In this document: positions 37,601 to 51,154 of the stretch, one piece after another | Numbering within the stretch: position 1 is the first letter of the stretch | Layout: the number at the start of each line of letters is the position of its first letter | DNA from: Balanoglossus misakiensis | Taxonomy: Eukaryota; Animalia; Hemichordata | Assembly (NCBI GenBank): GCA_040954595.2 | Contig: CM082581.2 | Location: 6,998,699 to 7,062,698, forward strand | Length of the DNA stretch: 64,000 nt | Direction: 5' to 3' | Made by a program: the position numbers and the translations under genes | The notes under the pieces: generated by a model | Told to the model about the DNA's origin: nothing | Seen by the model: only the letters and a program-made list of their open reading frames with translations | Databases searched by the model: none

Positions 37601-40600
37601 CTGCCTTGGCTGATGTCAGGGTGAGTTAGTGAGTACCCCTCCCCCCAAACAACAACAATAATAACACCACAAACAAACAATAACCCAACTGCAGTATGTG
37701 ATTTGGTCTGATGAATCAAACAGTTGAGATGTCACATTGTGCAGGAATCATAGCGGTGATGCGATTTAAGAATGACTGTCTGCTGAGCTGTGAACAAACA
37801 TGTACTTATTTCTAAGCTTTGCAAATACATGTATGATTCACAAGGGAAGGCAGTGTGAGATTTAGCCTCTTGTTTGTGTCCTCATTCAGGGCGGTATGTG
37901 GTGCTTCGGAGGAACTGGGCTACCTTTTGCCACAACTCTGAGTAACATCCCTGAGCAGAAAGTGGAGTTGTATTATTTGCAAGCACTTCTCAGGCACTCC
38001 GAGGTAAGCTAGAAAGATCATGGGTCAAATAAGATACCTCAGGTATCGCTTTTAGTTACTGTCTTGTGTTCCTATATGAATGTTGTGATGGTTTAATTGT
38101 GGGTATCTCACCTATATACGAATCTATGTCCGCCGACCATTAGAAATATCATCATTAATTAGTTCAGAAGTATCCTGTCTTTGGGTTGCTGTTACTTTGT
38201 TAATATTCTAATAAAAATACTTTTTTTTGTCTCCAAGCTACCAAGTCATTGTGATGTAATTGTACAAAATGGTGGTGTGGACTTGCTGCAGCATCTGGCG
38301 GAGAAAAGAGAGAATAGTCTGACATTACTCTGTAAGATTTGCAGAGTCATCGGCAATCTCTGCCTTCATGAACATCTCCATTCTGAGATTCTCAAGTCAG
38401 GTGAGTCACTGGAAATGTTTGTTTGTGTGTGTGTGCCTGTGTGTGCATGTCTCTGTCTGTCTGGACTTCGTAGTATAATTGGTGCTGGGGACTATATCTC
38501 AATTTTAAGCTTTTTATATCAAAGTCCACAATTAACCCCAGATTTGCTTTTACGTTTTCATTTTAATCTGGACCCTTCCACCCCCATATTCCAGTGCATG
38601 GTTCCAATCGCATTATGGAAAACACTAGAACTGGACCAAACTATACCTGGTTCATGTATGATGTCTTTTTTTTCCAGAATGGGTGAGTCTGCTAGCATCA
38701 TGGATGAAATCCAAGTACATTCCATTGTCCATCCATGCATCCAGAGCCTTGGCCAACCTGGACAGGGATTTCTCCAAGGAGAAATATGAACATGGCGTCT
38801 ATGTGATGCACCCGCAGTTTAGAACCAGGTCAGGAAAGAGGCAGATTCTATTAACAAAAGTTGTGTTTTAGAAAGATCAGACTCAGAGGTGTGGTTGTAT
38901 TTCTTCATTCCAGTGCAAAATTAACAGGGAGTGAATTTTGAGTAAGTTTTGCTTGTATTTCTGTAAAAGGCATTTGTGATTAGGTGGCAATCATACGAAA
39001 TTTGTTCCCTGAAGAACTAAAGGGGTTGATGCCAGCCACAGATCTATTGACAGGTTTTCACTTTTTTTCAGTGAATCGGCTGTTGCAGATGTCATCTTCG
39101 TACACGGTCTGCTGGGAGGTGCATTCAAGACATGGAGACAGCAGTATCCGGACACACCACCCGCAGAAGAGGCCCCGCAATCCATGCAGTCGTTCAGAAG
39201 TCGAAACCAGAACATCACCGACTGTTGGCCGAAGGTCAGTCAGGAATTCTTGCTTGTACCAGGGTTTCATCGCCCGTTTTTGTCAGAAATGATAAATCTG
39301 ACTAGCAATGTTGTGGAAAATTTATTATAAAAAACTTGCTAATTCTAGACATGGTTTAGTTACTTGCTTTTATAAGTGAGTACAATGCAGGCAGTGTGGT
39401 AGTGACTTGTAGCATGAATATAGCAGATACTTTGATGTATATTAATTCTCGTCTTTGATTTCAGAGTTGGTTATCTGAAGATATTCCGTACAGTCGCATA
39501 ATTACTCTGGAATATGATACTCAAGTTAGTAACTGGACCCCAAAGTGTCCCTTTGAAAGTGAAAAGTAAGTGAAATGTGTGTGGGTGTGTGCGTGCATGC
39601 ACGTGTGTGTGTTCAGGTGTCAATGTAGGTATACATGCCCTCATGCATGGTGCCTGATGCTGATGTTACAGTACAATGTTCATGCTAAGGGGTATGTCAG
39701 GCATAAATCTCAGTCACCTGGTCGGGTTGACAAGGGAAAAATAAATCCTAAAAGCCAAAACATGTAAACCAGTGCAAACCTGTTGTTTTGTTGTTTCATT
39801 GCAGACGTACCATCAGCAGCAGAAGTGCTGAGATGCTGAATAAATTAAAACTTGCAGGAGTTGGCGAGCGGCCAATCATTTGGGTAACCCATTCCATGGG
39901 AGGTAAGTCAGGGTATGTTAGGAGGGGAGGGAGCAAGTGCACAATAAAGACTAACTGAAGAGCAAATGAAACCAAGTCATCCTCACTGTTTTACACACAC
40001 TCTACAACACAGGTCTGCTCGTCAAGCAGATGATACTGGACGCGGAGAACAGCAAGGAATTCAAGAGCATGGCCGACCAGAGTCGCGGCTTCGTCTTCTA
40101 CAGCACGCCTCACAAAGGTTCCCCGTTGGCTGCGTATTCCCAGCAGGCCAAGATTCTCCTCTACCCGTCCGTAGAGGTTGAAGATCTCAGCACTGGTGAG
40201 TCCACTATCCCCGCCACAGGGCATTCCAACAGCACATCAAAAATCAAGTTAATTCTGTTTTATTTTCCAAGTGCGTGCAGATTCAAATTATTAGATGAAG
40301 CTTCAGATTGGCGGCCATATTTGGGGAGTACCCAAAAATATTAATGCACTCTCTTTAACCCATGTATTCTTACACTAATGAAATAGCTGAACAACATGAC
40401 CTAAAAGTTACTTCAATGACAACCCCTATGAAAACTTCACTCTTCTTTCTTTACTTAAGTCATTTTTGTGTTTTTTGATTTCTACAGACTCTACAGCTCT
40501 GAAAGAGCAACATGAAAAATTCCGGGCATTTGTGAGGAGGAGGAAGCTGCCATGTCTGAGTTTCGGAGAGAGGGATCCCACCAACATTGGTCTGGGCATG

Positions 40601-40998
40601 AAGCTAGTGATAGTGCCTGATGCATCTGCAAGTAAGTTGGAGATAGCACATTGTCAGTTACTGCCCCTAATCTGGAACACATGTCTTAATTAAATAATAG
40701 TACATGGTTCAGATCATCACAATGTATCATGGGTAAAAAGTTAACTACAGTCTTTTGTCACATGAGTCTGATTACGATATTTTTTGCCACGATTTCAGAC
40801 CCTGGTTTCGGCGACTACAAGCAGCTGCCCACAGATCATCTGAACGTATGCAAACCAGACAACATAGACGCTGATCTCTATCAATTTCTCGTCTGTTTCC
40901 TGGATGAGCTCGTTCCCAAGAGGGTCATCACAGAAATCACTGAAGTCCTGGATCCCAACAAAGCAACAGAGGAATATTATTTTGGTGACATGTTTTAA
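34682..40998 (+). CDS. SERAC1: Protein SERAC1 (serine active site-containing 1; phosphatidylglycerol-remodelling lipase-like), 16 coding exons, 665 aa
   Basis: Exons 34682-34748, 35289-35328, 35617-35708, 36051-36158, 36458-36586, 37138-37256, 37495-37620, 37890-38003, 38238-38400, 38678-38828, 39072-39234, 39465-39565, 39805-39902, 40013-40195, 40488-40631 and 40799-40998 all have GT-AG ends and sum to 1998 nt in one frame. Diagnostic motifs: [69 protein letters not shown]. Confidence 0.96.
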
Positions 40999-41737
40999 TT
41001 TACGAAAGAAAAATAACAAAACACAAAACTTTTTATATAGAAAAAGGTGAACTGAAATACGAGTATTTTTTTTTAGAAAGCTTCATTTGACAGCTTTTAC
41101 CTACTTTTTATATCGAAATGATTTGAGGTTTTCTGACATAAATGCATGCTGCATAATTTATAAAGTTATCCCAAACAGGGTACACAGTTGTTTTAGAACT
41201 TGTAGTGTAACAGCTTCAGTAATGATTGCGTCATGTGTACCATGCAAAACAGAACAGAAGAAATCTTAATTCTGTGTGAAGTCGGATCACTTACAACAAA
41301 GATGGAAATTGCAGATTTTTGAAATCTAAAAATGGGCTGATTGGTGTACATAGTTTCTTGTGATTTAGAAATTAGAGACGAGTCTTTGACTAAGACTTTC
41401 GTGTTTTCCATAATTATATGGAGCCTCTTATGTGAGCTATTGTTTCTTAGATAATTTAATGAAGGCACCAATATTTCTGAGAGTGTTTGTGTATATGTGG
41501 GTATGTGTGTGTGTGTGTGTGTTTAACTTTCAAAATACCACTACGAAGCATTCACAGATGACATTTATGACTTTTGACACTTTGCAAACTGTGAAAAGTG
41601 TTCATCTTTTACCCCCAACTCGTGCTGAAGGAATGTTACTTATTTTTCATTTAAAAAATAGACAAAAAACGTATAGCTCCCCTATTTGTTCTGTCTTCAT
41701 GAATTGTGAATTTTTTTAAGAAGGTATAAAATTGAAA

Positions 41738-41743
41738 AATAAA
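41738..41743 (+). terminator. Candidate polyadenylation signal of SERAC1
   Basis: AATAAA ~740 nt after the stop, followed by a GT/T-rich tract (gctgtgtatgttatttt). Confidence 0.45.
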
Positions 41744-41899
41744 ATTCCCCTTTCAAAAAGAGCTGTGTATGTTATTTTAGTATAGTTAATTGCACGAGTA
41801 GGTGCTCTGGTACAGTTCTAAACACCACCCTTATCGTCAGGAACTTGTAAACAGCACTCAGTCGAAACTTATACAACTATATACATCCTATTGGAAATT

Positions 41900-42560
41900 T
41901 ACTGTCGATAAATGTGCCGACTTTGCTTTGAACACCCACAATGCAATGGGGTGACCCATAGCTTGCAGAGGTCATTTATGCACCTGGTATAGATGTTTGG
42001 GAGGTTGACCAGACAAGTGGGAGAAGAGTTCCATTCAATGCAAATCTGCATGAGAAAAGACATGCTATACCACCTGTGTAGAAGGAAACTTTTAATCTGA
42101 TTGGTCAAATACATCGCTCCCTCTGCTTTACTGCGTTTGCTATTGGCCATCAAGAAGGCATTCAATCTACACATGCAGGAGATTGGTCGTAAGTGGTAGT
42201 TTTTGCATATTTAGATTATGGTCTATTCACGTGGATGGCCTGCCACGCCATTTTCGTGTTTTCCACTGGTCAGGATAGACCTTGTCAACTTCTCTGATAT
42301 TTCTGATACTGGCTACGGTAGTGATATTGGACGGTTTGTGTCTCAGTTTGACCTTGGTGATAGGCTACTCCCGTGGAAAGCACTACAAAAGGAGGTGAGT
42401 AACCAAATTTCTCCAGCAGTTTGTAGGTGGGGTGAAATGTAGTAGAGCGGTGGTGGACACGTGGAACTGTACAGAAAAGTTATTGCCTATGAACATGTAT
42501 GGTGTGGTTGTATGTTCCAACATGTAACAGCGACCTCTGTGGTCAGTTGGATATGAACTA
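41900..42560 (-). mobile_element. Degenerate CR1/L2-type LINE ORF2 fragments
   Basis: Minus-strand translations give NRPISLP*PVSEISEKL (cf. NYRPISLLPxxSKxxEK) and YSMSFLMQICIEWNSSPTCLVNLPNI (cf. SFxPRTxxEWNSLPxxxV), interrupted by stops. Confidence 0.55.
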
Positions 42561-44596
42561 ACGTCCAAGTGATGACGATCATGCATCACGATCTAACAGG
42601 TCATGCGGAGAGATGTTCAAACTTTCGGGAAGCTTGTTATCCTAATTATGCAATCTTCAATTACTTCCCCGCGTTTTAATAGGTGCCAACCGCGTAATAA
42701 CATTCACTTCGCGACTTCTTGTTCATTGTGAAAGGATGCGACCCTGTACTTTTATGGCCTTACGCTTTTTCCAAGTCAAACGCTTTAAAGTTGTGTTACG
42801 GGTTACCTTGACACCACTAATACCCGAAGACACGCGTTGGGGGTGTTGTTGATTGGCGCATTGTTGATGCCTCAGAGATGGGCCCTTGCATGTTCGGCTG
42901 GTTGTCGACAAAGGGTATGGACGCACCTTTACTAATCAAATCAAAACAAAGCGAGGTGCTTCTTTCTGTTGTGTTTTTGTCATCGTACGTACGTTGCTAG
43001 AGTGGAAACCAATTAGCAAGGATTTTTTTTTTACAAATTACACTCCCATAAAAAATAGCACAATCTCGTAAGGAATGACCAGACCGCCACAAGCCGACTC
43101 CGCGATGATAGTATCTGTATTGTAAATCCGAGTCACATTTTTTTCGGATCTTCGAGGTTACCGCGTGTAACAGGTCTGTAGTTTATTGCGATAGTCGCGT
43201 CCATCCTCAAAAAGCTACATAATTAAATAAAATTGCAAAACCGCAAGGTACAATAAAAAAAGTTTTATTTGATAAAAGTTACTCAGTGAAAACTTATTAT
43301 AAAGGCACATGCAATTGTGGCATAGAAGCTGTCTCCATTGGGCCTCAAACCCAGAAAAGCTAACAATTAGTTGTCAGTAAAATCTGAAGATCGAATATTA
43401 GTATTTCGTGATACTTGTAGATTCTACAATCCGCGCAAATTGCCGTTGGGACGGACATGCAAACTGCGAATGGACGAAACCTTAGAATTGCACGAAAATC
43501 TGAGTAAATAAATAGTGTTACAGATTGCATTAATATTTGAAATCTTTGATATCAAGACCACAATAATGACTAAATTTTCTCTGAAGCGAAGTTTTATTTG
43601 ATCTACCACAAAGTCCTCCTGATTCTGTGGAGATGTTAGCGCCGTGTAGTCTGATGGCTAGAATTTTAGAAGCCTTAAATATCGAGCGCAAACCCACACA
43701 CGGACGACACTATCCTTGGTTAGTTTTAATGTTAATTGAAGCACCACAGGATGACTGCTTTATGTCGACACGTTTACATGAAAATCCTTTCACTTTAAAT
43801 TCACTTTAATTCATGTCTGTTGAGGCAACACACCTTGTTATGCAAGACCTGAATTAGATGTCGTGTGTTGCATGAGATGGAAGTGAAGGTTATATATTCT
43901 ACAACGAATACCTAATCGTTTCTTTCATTTTTCATTCAGGGGGTGCCATTCACTATGGATAGCGGAGTTGATAATAAGCCCCTATCGATTTCCTTGCCGT
44001 GTTCCAGTCTTCCTCCAAGGACATAGGCCTATAGGAAAACACCAATGAAGGTAGGCTAATGTTTTACAATATGCATTCACTGTGTCTGTGGTGTTTTATA
44101 ACTTTTCATTTTCATGTGTTGCCATTTTGACTTGATGAGACGCATGCGTAGTGCCGGCGACCATTCCCTTTAAAACGGGCATAAATTTACGTGTACACAT
44201 AATACGTCGAGCTTACACCGACATACGCGGACGTGTACTTAAAACCCTTTCTCGTGTTTTTCTCAAACCAACTTAAAGTTGATGATAACAAAATAGGGGT
44301 CCTCGTGTAAGTTTTTTCTTCTTAAAACAAGATGATTGTTTCCAAAAGAATCCCCGCATAGGTTAATGTAGTAACGACTTGAAAGGTTTGGGGAACTTAT
44401 TTTTTTCTGAAAATCTGCCCCAGAATTGATTGCTACCTCTAAATCCTTAGTCAATGTCTTAGAACGCCATGTCTGGTACAATGCTATGGACGTACAGCAA
44501 CTATGAAGTCAACTATTCTGTGATAAAAATATTATGTCTCAAATAAGCCTATAAAATAGCAAATGTGTTTGCCATACCCGTCTGTAGGTGTTTTTT

Positions 44597-45823
44597 TCAT
44601 ACAAAACTGGCTTCTTGTTCGCTTCCATTGAAATCACACTTTCCTTTTCTTGTGCTGCCCGCTGTCTCGCCGGAAAGTCTCGATAAGATCCCGCGTCTGA
44701 CCTTTGGTTTACTCTTGTTCATAAAACCGTTCATTTTGCTGGATTTTGCGCCGCTCTTTTGGGTCGTTGCTTGGGAACGGAAAGGCAGTTTCTTCCACAC
44801 TGCTTTCAGGTCCCGTCGGTGTTTGCCTGCCGACAGGGTATATACGTACGGGTTGATGGCGCTGTTGGCGTAGCTCAGGCAGATGCTGGTCAGGTAGAGC
44901 GCGAAGAACGCCCGGGACGGCGGCACCGCCGGGTCCATGTGGAAGACGTACACGAACTGGATCACGTAGAAGGGTAGCCAGCAGACGACGAAAATGACCA
45001 CGTACAACGCGACCATTTTGATCACTTTCACCGACGATCTCCGCCTCTTCTCCTCCGCGGCCGGGCAGCGGTTTCGCAGCAGATTCCAGGTGATCAGCGC
45101 GTAGCAAATCAGGATTATGGTCACCGGCAGAGCGAACCCGACGACGAAGGTGTACACGAGGAAGTGCTTCCGTCCAAAGTTGCCGGGGAAGATGATGTTG
45201 CAGGCATAGTTGCCGTCCGGTCTTCGCACAACCCGGGAGTAAAGCCACATCGGCAGAATGATGAGCTCGGAGACGACCCAGACAATCGCGGATATGATCT
45301 TGGCGCGCTTGGGGTTCCTCAGCGTTCTCATTTCCATGGGATAAACGACGACCATACACCGATCGAAGCTCATGAAGGTCAAGAACAGCACGCCCGTGAA
45401 TTGGTTCAGACCGTCGATCGCCAGGACGACCTTGCACATGGCCGTGCCCAGCTCCCACGAAGGAGACGCAAGGGCGTAGGCCAAGAACGGAATTCCAAGC
45501 ATGAACAGCATATCCGCAAGTGCCAGATTCAAAATGAAGACACTCGGCACGGACTTCAGTTTGTCGTACCGACATATCAAGAAGATGGCGAGGCAGTTGC
45601 CTATCACCCCCGGGACGAAGACGACCCCGTAGACCACCGGGACGTAGATGTCGTAGCGGCCCATGTCGGGGTAACTCACGGAGGAAGAATTCCCATCATC
45701 TTGGCCGAATTCGAAGGACGCGTTACCTGTCGAGCTCGAGTCGACTGTCCCGGTCGCAGAATAAGAACTGGTGAAGTTGGCCGCCTGGGTGACTGGTCCG
45801 CCGTATCCATAAGCTGTGTCCAT
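44597..45823 (-). CDS. Intronless class A peptide GPCR, somatostatin/allatostatin-C/MCH receptor-like (408 aa)
   Basis: Seven hydrophobic segments. Motifs GN (TM1), NLALAD (TM2), W-x-L-G-x-x-x-C-K, TM3 AIDGLNQFTG with the conserved Asp, MSFDRC, CWLPFY, YANSAINPYVY; N-terminal N-glycosylation sequons; strong GC3 bias. Confidence 0.95.
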   Translation of the reverse strand: MDTAYGYGGPVTQAANFTSSYSATGTVDSSSTGNASFEFGQDDGNSSSVSYPDMGRYDIYVPVVYGVVFVPGVIGNCLAIFLICRYDKLKSVPSVFILNLALADMLFMLGIPFLAYALASPSWELGTAMCKVVLAIDGLNQFTGVLFLTFMSFDRCMVVVYPMEMRTLRNPKRAKIISAIVWVVSELIILPMWLYSRVVRRPDGNYACNIIFPGNFGRKHFLVYTFVVGFALPVTIILICYALITWNLLRNRCPAAEEKRRRSSVKVIKMVALYVVIFVVCWLPFYVIQFVYVFHMDPAVPPSRAFFALYLTSICLSYANSAINPYVYTLSAGKHRRDLKAVWKKLPFRSQATTQKSGAKSSKMNGFMNKSKPKVRRGILSRLSGETAGSTRKGKCDFNGSEQEASFV

Positions 45824-48800
45824 GATTGCCTATGTGGAATTGCTTGAAATTGTCAATTCCTAATGAGCGACTTCGTAAATGACACCATGCCGACGTATAT
45901 GTTAACACGGTCCTCTCAGAGAAATGGTGCCAGTAAAGACGATTCTAATGTGAGCTGATCGATGGACAACGTACCGATGCACAAACATAAACTTGACCAT
46001 AGCCACGCCTCCAATCGACCCACGGTCCGGACAACGTCACAACGTCGCTGTCTGGCTCAGCCAGTCGGAGCTTACCACTCTGTCGTGCCTGACGAACGAA
46101 AATAGACAATTGACAGTACGCAGTCATACGGAATAAATTGAGTCAAGAAATCTAAATTAATTCTGTTACGACAAAACGACGGGGGAAAAATATAAACTAT
46201 TGTTGGATGAAAACATGCCACAGGGTATGTCTAGGCCGACTGGTGGTGCAGTAATCTCCCTCTTGTTAACGTCATTTATAATTAGCTCCCACCACCACAG
46301 TGGTATTTAATTAGCCACATTTAGCACGAAAGACATCTAATTAGTTCTCAGGTACGTCAGAACATTTGGCGGGTTTGTACTTTGCATCCACCAGGCCAGG
46401 CCAGCTGTTTCAGTTATTTTGAGTGTGTTGAGTCGACATTCATCACAATTACCACGATAGACACCTTGGGATTGTGGTTATGTACCATCGACGGCGCTCG
46501 GAGATCGTTGAATTCTCCTGTTCACTGTACGTATGCGATCAGTCTAGAAGTTGAGGAAAGTAAGATGTCTTGTTCGCATATTTAATTAAGGTAACGTCGG
46601 TACACTGAGTATGCGATACTTGCAGAAATAGCGCGATTCTAATGGCGTCGCTTAATTATATTGATTAAAATAGAAAACACCTGTATGAGATCCTGTCAGA
46701 TTATTGAAGGAAAGGGCGTTGATTTTTTTTTTCTGTCTTTGCTCTGCTGTCTCCATGATACCGATAAGTTAAGGTGCGGGCTCTTTTGAATACTACTGCC
46801 ATCGTTAAAGTCCCGTCGACGAATGAGAAACTACATTTACAGGACTTTCAGAAACGCGTACGAGGGTCGAAGCGTTCAGGCGCTCGTATGGGGGTGCTGC
46901 CAGCCAGGAGTTTTGTCAATCAAACTGTCTGGTATAATTGCAGACTGGCAAATACGTCGCAGAAAAGTAAACTTGCAGGAATCAACCTGTAGTTAATTTA
47001 ACCACCGGGAATGCAGAATGCGCAAATAAACAATACAAACTTCACAGTTTGGTTTGATTAACAAATCGGTTGTGTAATACCGCAGAAGGTATCTGCTGGA
47101 AAACAGTGGTGCAGACCACAGTCGCGTGGGATTTGTCCGCACTGTGGTGCAGACACTGCAAACAGCGTTATATTATAGTAATGATCCACCCCATGTCCTT
47201 TTACAACAATGAATTAAGACATGATATTCAAAATTTCGTTCATTCATCTCCGAATGGGAGATCTTTCCACGGCTGTGCTTCAGTCATTAAGACGTGACCA
47301 TCCGTGTCTTCGGGTTTTTCGGACAGCATCTCGGCAATGCTGTGTGAAGATGACGGTGGTCACCTTCTCGCAAATGTCAAACACTGTCAAAGTTTCATAA
47401 ATAATTCACAGATCTACAAGCGTTTCTCAATTAGCGAGGCGCGGTTTACTGAATCATGTATAACTGCATTAGAGTACCCCGAGTTACATAACCAGCGACC
47501 ATATTCACATCATCACGTGTTAGCGATCATTTCATTTCATCGACTGGCGACATCATGGCAAAAATTAGAATCTCTTGCGTGAAGCGTTATTATTACCGTG
47601 ATTTTTAATGGTAGCATCGCGGAAACGAAATTACAAACAAAAGCTAGCTCCCAAGAATATTGTCATGTCGTCATGTTGATGGTCATAAATTTACCGTCGC
47701 CAGAAAGAACACATACCCAGACTACTGCGTTTGCTATCGCTCAGCCTCACGTGAACGCATTCTTTCAGTGACGCAGAGTTGTCTCCCGGTAAAACTTCGT
47801 ATTTGGGGAAAAGATTCGAAACTTCCACCAAAGTAACGCACCCCCCCCCCTCCCCCTTCCCCAATGCACTTGAATGCACTAAATGAAAGAAAATCTCTAG
47901 GCCACACTAAGTTCAACAATGATGACATTTAACTAAAAAATACCTTGATAGTAAAAAGAAAACAAACCTCAAGACAAAACCTGCCAGGTCTTCGCTTCGT
48001 AGGTAGTACAATGTACAACGTTTTTTCGTTCGCTATCAAACGCAAGCTTCCCAACCGATGACCCTAGTTTATGAATGTACTCACTGCGAGCTAACATATT
48101 GCGCAATTAATAATAAAATTATTTCTATTCCAGCGATTTGCGTAAAAATCGAGTTTTCAATGCGATCGTCATCATCGTGTTGGTTTTCATATTGGTCAAT
48201 TAAAACGGCAGTTTACTTACTAAGACAGAAGCTGGCTGGGTAAATGGCAAGCCAGATCAATTAGACACGAGTCCGCGCATAGTCCGTCAGCTCATTACAT
48301 GTACCATAAGCACCACTGTCCCTCCATCACAGAAAAGACTGTGCGCAGTTTGGCAAATGGCGATGATTTGTTTTAAATGTGTAATTATAGCATTTGCGCA
48401 TATCACTTCATGATTACATCACTCTGATACACATATGAATTTACACCTACGTAATTTGCATGACTATTAAAAGTTTAACCAAAATGGTCGATTCTCTAAC
48501 GGGATCACTGCAATGTCTCTTACAAAACGAGTTTTTGCTGCGATCACTAGGGCTATTGTCAGAGAATTGTCGATGACTACTTGTCTAGTAATTTGATTTG
48601 ATTATTTATTTTTTATGATGTGTAATGAACGCTAACTAAATCATACGACCTTCAGATATTTTCGCTCACTCTCATTGGCAAGTTGGCAACGACTTTCAAC
48701 TGTCAATACCAGGTGTCGCATTCATTTGAATGAAAGTAAGGTTGAATCGCTCTTAATTGAATATCTGTAATAGTTTGCATATACGTGTGAACGACCGGAG

Positions 48801-49929
48801 TGCACACATGCTTTGACGTTGAGATTATCGGATAATATCGGTTTGTGTATTACAACGGTGGGGCTCTGCTGTTTTATCGGATAATATCGGATACATTATT
48901 TTCCATGTTAGAGTACTTGGCCTCGTGCTCTTGGAACAATCTAACTTTGACATCTAAAGAGACGAAATCAATTCATAAAGGCTAATGTCATGCCTTCATG
49001 ACTTTCAATTTGACACCCAAAAGATATACATGCTTGATTATCAATAGCTTGAAAACTTGTAATTTCTGTACCATGGTTGTTGTTTATTGCCCAGATCCAA
49101 GAACACCATAAATATAATTTCAGAATTGCTTGAGGACCCAATACGTTGAAAGGACACCCTTCCAACCAAATGGAATAATTTATGGGGGTGCGCAAGCTGT
49201 TACTCAACGTTAGTTTCTGTTTTGCGTAATATGACAAAAACTGACACTGTTTTCGGTAATAAACATATGCATAACATGCGTTATTTGAATGACATCGCAA
49301 AGGCAAAATACCAGTATAGCTACACTCTAATGATGTTTATTAACGCGCGTCAATCATAAACTTCGTGGGGTCAGTTGGAAAAAGAGTCAGGTTGAGTTTT
49401 AAATGTTGTCTTCCTGGAATTTCGCGTTGTTTGCCATTTTTAGAATGTGATTTTTATCGCCAGATGCAATTTTTGGATGATAAAGGTCTTATACCTAGTC
49501 CCGTAAATATCTGTAATATTTGTGCGAACTCCTAAATTTGCGAAAACTGTCACAGTGCTCTGCAACCAAATGACTCTTGCTCTGAAATTGCTCTCTCACT
49601 ATACGCCATCGTGAATTGACGACGCTCGGAGCGGCCATATTTGAAGGAACGGTATCGCATAAAGCTGTGGAATTGAGTCTATATTCATGAGAACCTTATC
49701 GTCTGACACCATCGACACCACCTGAAATGAGATAACTGAAATTTCACCGCCTTGAATAATTAAAAAATAATCATGATTCATCTGACAAACGAAGGTAATG
49801 AAAGTGAATTGGACATCACTAAGCGCAACGTATTATCATCCAGAAAATTTCCTGTTGCGGTTGTAATTCAGAAATGTTTTTTCGTCCAAAGTCAATTTTA
49901 AAGCGATCTCCAGTGATTGCCGATCTTAC

Positions 49930-50110
49930 CTTCGTCGTGAATCAACAAGATATCTATAAAGAACTGGTGAGAAATCCGACTTCGTTATTTCTTTCACGTT
50001 TTTCAGAGCGATGGCGCCCCTCTAAACTCCTCTCGTTCATAGGCGGACGTGACGCAGGTGGCCAGCACTCGAAGTTGTCTCTGCCAGTTGGTTGAAGTTC
50101 CCAGGCAGAT
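49930..50110 (-). other. Possible non-coding first exon of the GPCR
   Basis: CpG-richer block ending in a strong minus-strand donor GAAG|gtaaga (49930/49929); candidate acceptor ttaatttag at ~46152 upstream of the GPCR ATG. Not verifiable without transcripts. Confidence 0.3.
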
Positions 50111-51154
50111 CCGTCGACAACCAGGCGTGCTGCACACACCTATAATCACTGTGAAACATTCCCATACACTTGACAGTGACCTTCACAAACAACAAGCATG
50201 TCAGACTACATGTACATGTACGTTCAAAATCCGCTCAAACTAAACAACGGTACATGTATTATGTATTTCTTAATTTAATCATCACGGCGTTTTGCTGGGA
50301 CAATCAGTGAATCAACCGTCCAACCAGACAGTAAATCAAGCAATTGAATTAATAAACCAACAATATATAATTGCGAAATTAGGATTCAGGTAGGCATGGA
50401 ATTAATTCCCATAAGCAGGTAGAATGGAACCGTGTAACCCACATACTGGTATTCTCAATGTTTTCGTAGACAATCTATGAAAGCGTTAATTGATGACAGC
50501 TTACAAAGAAAGGGCAACAAAAGTCCCGTTAATCCTGTTTAATGAAGTAAACACCTAACTGTGTGGACTAAATTAAAAGTATTTTGTATGTCTAAATACT
50601 GAGACGGGTTAGATGAAGATGATGTCTAGATTCTTCAAAAACCCAAAGCAATTATTCTAGTGTAGCTAAATGTTATAGACCCACAGGGATTTTAGTCAAC
50701 CTCTGTTGGAAAATTGATACGCGTGAAGCATCAGGACGTCCCTTGGTGTCTGACTTTGCCCCTTTTTGCTTCAAGACGTTCTTGTTGCGCTTACTTGCTC
50801 GAAATTAGAACGAAATTTACGCGCGCGCGACAATTTTACTGTTACGACGTTCGAAGTTATGAATTTAGTGTTCGATAGAATCGTCGGCGCTACAGTTCTG
50901 CATGTTCTGCAGAATGTAACCACCGTTTCCCGACTTTCTACCATTATCCTAAGTGCAGAAAGTCGCGATTTCCCACGCTGTGTGTACTGTGTGCTCAAGT
51001 GAAGGTAGTTCTTTCAACAGACAGTGTTTTCCACAGTCTTTGGTGGAAAAGTGTGGTCACCAAGAGAACTGATTCGCCGGCGACGTGACCTTAACGCCCG
51101 AGTCACAGGACTTCTTCGAGTTCAGGATTGACGGTGAATTCTGCCATTCAAAAT

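Noticed and set aside
38181-38789. 202-aa ORF
   Set aside because: Read-through of SERAC1 exon 9 into an intron; not a separate gene.
44709-45847. 288-aa same-strand and 227-aa antisense ORFs overlapping the GPCR
   Set aside because: Typical shadow ORFs from high GC3 codon usage; no independent features.
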